The position numbers and the translations under genes were made by a program. DNA of 39,416 bases from Penicillus capitatus (taxonomy: Eukaryota; Plantae; Chlorophyta). Within the stretch, counting starts at the first letter, position 1. The number at the start of each line of letters is the position of its first letter. The stretch is taken from the NCBI GenBank assembly GCA_965649825.1, contig OZ287702.1, positions 571,270 to 610,685 of the forward strand. Reading direction: 5' to 3'. Under the pieces are notes generated by a model. It was not told the DNA's origin and made no database searches. It worked only from the letters and a program-made list of their open reading frames with translations. Below are positions 36,401 through 39,416 of this stretch, one piece after another.

Positions 36401-38878
36401 CGCAAAAAGTGCTGTGTGCAGAGCGATGAAGGGAAACACTGTGGGGGAAGGTGGGTATGGACCCGACATTGCTACACCAGCATTCGGTTACTACGTCACA
36501 CTGCACTACAAGAACGGGACACATGTGCCGCTGGAGCAGGGAGACGATTATGATCTGGGAAGGTGGAAGAGTGGCGACGATCTCCCAGCCATAGAGGTCT
36601 CCATGTACGATCACTACGGACAGGGTCCAGCCAGAAGAGGATCCCGAGACGCGAAGGCCCAGCTTGGCGACTTGGAGGACGTGCATCTGCCCGACTACTT
36701 GTCGTACGCAAGAGCAGTTCTGGTGTCGGACGACGGTCTCCTGCCGAACGACCTGGTCGGCAACCTGACGTCTGGAAGGGACAACATCACCGTCGGCCCG
36801 CCGCTGGTGACTCCGGACAAGTACACGGCGGTCTTGATTGTCCCAGATCTGAACGAAGAACACGTCACACTGTCTGTCAACATCCGCCCCTGTGTGATCA
36901 ACGAAGTCCCTCGAGATGACAACAGAGGCTGCATCGAATGCAAGCCCGGTCGCTATAACTTCGATCCAGAGACCGGGTCCTGCACCGTCTGCCCGGAAAA
37001 CGGCGACTGCTCTGGCAAGTACGCGCTGCCAAAGTCTGGACACTGGAATGCGTTCCCCTGCTCGCACCACATGCAGAAGTGCGTGTTCGGGGAAGCCTGT
37101 CGTGGTCTCAACGGGTCGGAACTGAACACAACTGTCGCGGTCGATGCAGCAGAAGGGTGCGACTTCTCTGATGAAGAGATCGAGCAGTACCAAGCCGATT
37201 TGTGCGAGAACGGGTACGAAGGCCCGCTGTGCGGATCATGCGCAGAGGGTCATGGCAAACTGGGCGCCTTCCGGTGTCTGGTCTGCGGATCTAATGCCTC
37301 GGCGGTGTTTGCTGTTCTGGCTGCTTTCTTCATCTTGACGATGCTCACCTTGCTTCAGATCAGAGGAAATCTCACACTTGCCAATCACCCACAGTCTCGA
37401 CGAAGCCGGTCTCGTTTCGGTCGGAGCGGGAACCGTCTTTCTGTCGCCCTCGCTGTATATATTAGCCGCAGGGCCATGCGTCTACCCGAACAAGAGAGAG
37501 AATCCGAAGAACAAACAGAAGCACGACAGGATCGGAACGAGAACTACGAAAACAAGGCCAAGGAAGAGAGCACGAAGTTTGTGCAAGTTCTGAAGGTAAC
37601 GTCCCTTTTCCAGCAGCTCCCTTCCTTTTCATGATCGCAGATCACCATCAACTTCGTCCAAGTGGTGGCCACTGGAATCGCTCTCGACATGGCGTGGTCA
37701 CCTGCCATTCTCCGACTCTTCGAATCATGGGGTAACCAACAACTGTCGCTGCGGTGTAACAGAGATGTGTGCTTTGTGCAGATTGGATAGGAGGCGCTGT
37801 CAGTCAGGCATCTACCTTCTCATTCATGTGCCTGCTGTCGAAGAACGGATCAGCACCGAGATCTGTTCTTCAGGCAGCTCTCGTCACTGTGATCCCTTTG
37901 GCCGTCGCTGTTTTTATCTGTGCGTTTTGGGTATGCAGCGCAACCAAGAAAGAAAGACCGTGGAACTATCTGGCAAAGAGATCCATCGTGACAGTGGTGT
38001 CTGTGCTTTACGTTGCCTATCTGCCCCTCTTCCGAACAGCCATCTACGTTTTTTCCTGTGTCGATGTCTATGATTCCGCTACCCTTGATGGCATTGACAT
38101 TTCTCACTCGTATTGGGCAGAGGATACCTCTGTCAGGTGCTTTGCTGACAGTCATGCCACACTCGTTTTTGCCGTCGCTATACCTCTTTTCATTTTCGCC
38201 ATCTTTTTCCCCGTTTCCTTAGGAGTGATCTTGATCATCGCTAGAAAAAGGGGGATCCTTGACTCCCCGTGGATACAGGAAACCATCGGAATGCAATTCA
38301 GAGGTTTTAAAGAAGCCTATGTTTTTTGGGATTGTATTGTTTTGCTGCGAAAGGCCCTGATCGCTGTTATTGCCACTTTTTCACACAGCCTGGGGGCCAG
38401 TTTGCAAGGACATCTGCTCATTGCTCTTCTTCTGCTTGTTTTGTTCTTGCACATCATGGTGTCGCCATTCAAAGCAGATCTTGAGGCCCTCAATCTTCTG
38501 GAATCTGCCTCCCTTTTTGTCAGCCTGTGTACTGTTCTTTGCGGTCTCATCCTGGACGATGAGAAAGCCTCCGATGACAGTCTGCAGGCCTTCTTGGTCG
38601 CAGTCGTTCTTCTGCTGAACATTGGTCTCCTTCTGATCCTTTTCGTTTTCTTGATGAAGCATAAGATTCGCACAATTAGATTCTATTTGCTCTCGGCGGG
38701 CAGAGAGTCACACAAAAGTACTTTGATTGGCATGATTATAATCTACTGTATGTTGCGCTTCCGCCAATTCGTGGACGCACTCTGGAAAAAAGATCGCAGC
38801 ACTCAGAACGTCATTCGTGCCCAAGTCAGGCAAGAAACGGATCCCGATCAAGTTGAACTAGTCAACCGCTCGAACTGA
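33428..38878 (+). CDS. Large (~1,700 aa) receptor/adhesin-like membrane protein of the same family as 22124-28638; about seven exons
   Basis: Signal peptide MQRMSVESLLHLAGSVLLIACSTGA. An N-terminal LQDVVDC..DG domain is shared with the paralog (LQSVVNCMTDG). It has beta-helix repeats (FEDNVAPSGGAIY, FRNNSAVESGGAI), a Cys-rich CIEC..CPENGDC..LCGSCAEGHG region, and a multi-TM tail ending in TGA at 38878. ORFs join through short GT-AG introns. Confidence 0.9.
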
Positions 38879-39416
38879 AGCGTTCGAGCTCGGAGTTTTA
38901 TTTTTGCAGATGAACGGACAACAACACTCTGGTTCCTTTTAGATTCCCAAAAGGGAGGGATCTTACGTTTCACTCATTTTACGTCCATCGCATTTTTATT
39001 TGTGCAACTCAAGGTCAATAGACCTTGCTTCGATCGTTCATTAAGCATGCATGATGTTTTTTCCTTTTGCATGACATTAAGTAAATCACGTGTTCAACGT
39101 TTGCCTCCACGGACGGCAACCAATTCAAATGATGACTTTTGTTATGAAGTACAAGATTACCTGCCATGTGCAGGCAACACACAGGTGAGACGATTAAAGA
39201 GGTCTATTTGTGAACGTTTGCAGTAATGTCACTTTGAAGAGTAACAAAGAGTGGCGAAGGTTCGATACCGCGCGCCGTATATCGAAGACCATCGAGAGCA
39301 CGCACATCGTCGTCAACGATCACCCATGTCCGTTTCCAGATTTCGGCAGTCAATGCTGAGAAAACGCGAATAGACAGAAAAACGTCGACGTCTTCAAAGA
39401 GACTCGCTGGACTGGA

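Noticed and set aside
22529-36919. Numerous 100-270 aa ORFs antisense to, or in other frames of, the large receptor genes (e.g. 22529-23227 +, 33186-33983 -, 36369-37193 -)
   Set aside because: These are shadow ORFs of GC-balanced coding sequence and have no independent features.

Overview
Eukaryotic genomic DNA: no operons or rRNA, and multi-exon genes with short (~45-65 nt) GT-AG introns. Gene content and intron size fit a compact green-algal genome, possibly a siphonous ulvophyte (inference). Bases 1-~13,190 are a non-coding hierarchical satellite built from CACATT-delimited modules of 19, 32, 54 and ~73 bp. The modules form a 105-bp unit, with nested arrays of a ~40-bp GC-rich palindromic minisatellite, all inside a ~4.2-4.6 kb higher-order repeat; every long ORF in this block is a repeat artefact. 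The unique region holds two paralogous ~145-aa coiled-coil genes of unknown family, each bracketed by repeats. It also holds a Tim17/22/23-family gene, a disordered membrane-anchored hypothetical gene and a MITE-like inverted-repeat element. Three members of one receptor-like family are present (signal peptide, beta-helix/Pmp-type repeats, Cys-rich domain, multi-TM): two intact and divergently oriented, one a truncated pseudogene. The overall layout resembles a subtelomeric or pericentromeric boundary, but this cannot be proven from the window. Exon boundaries were inferred by eye.
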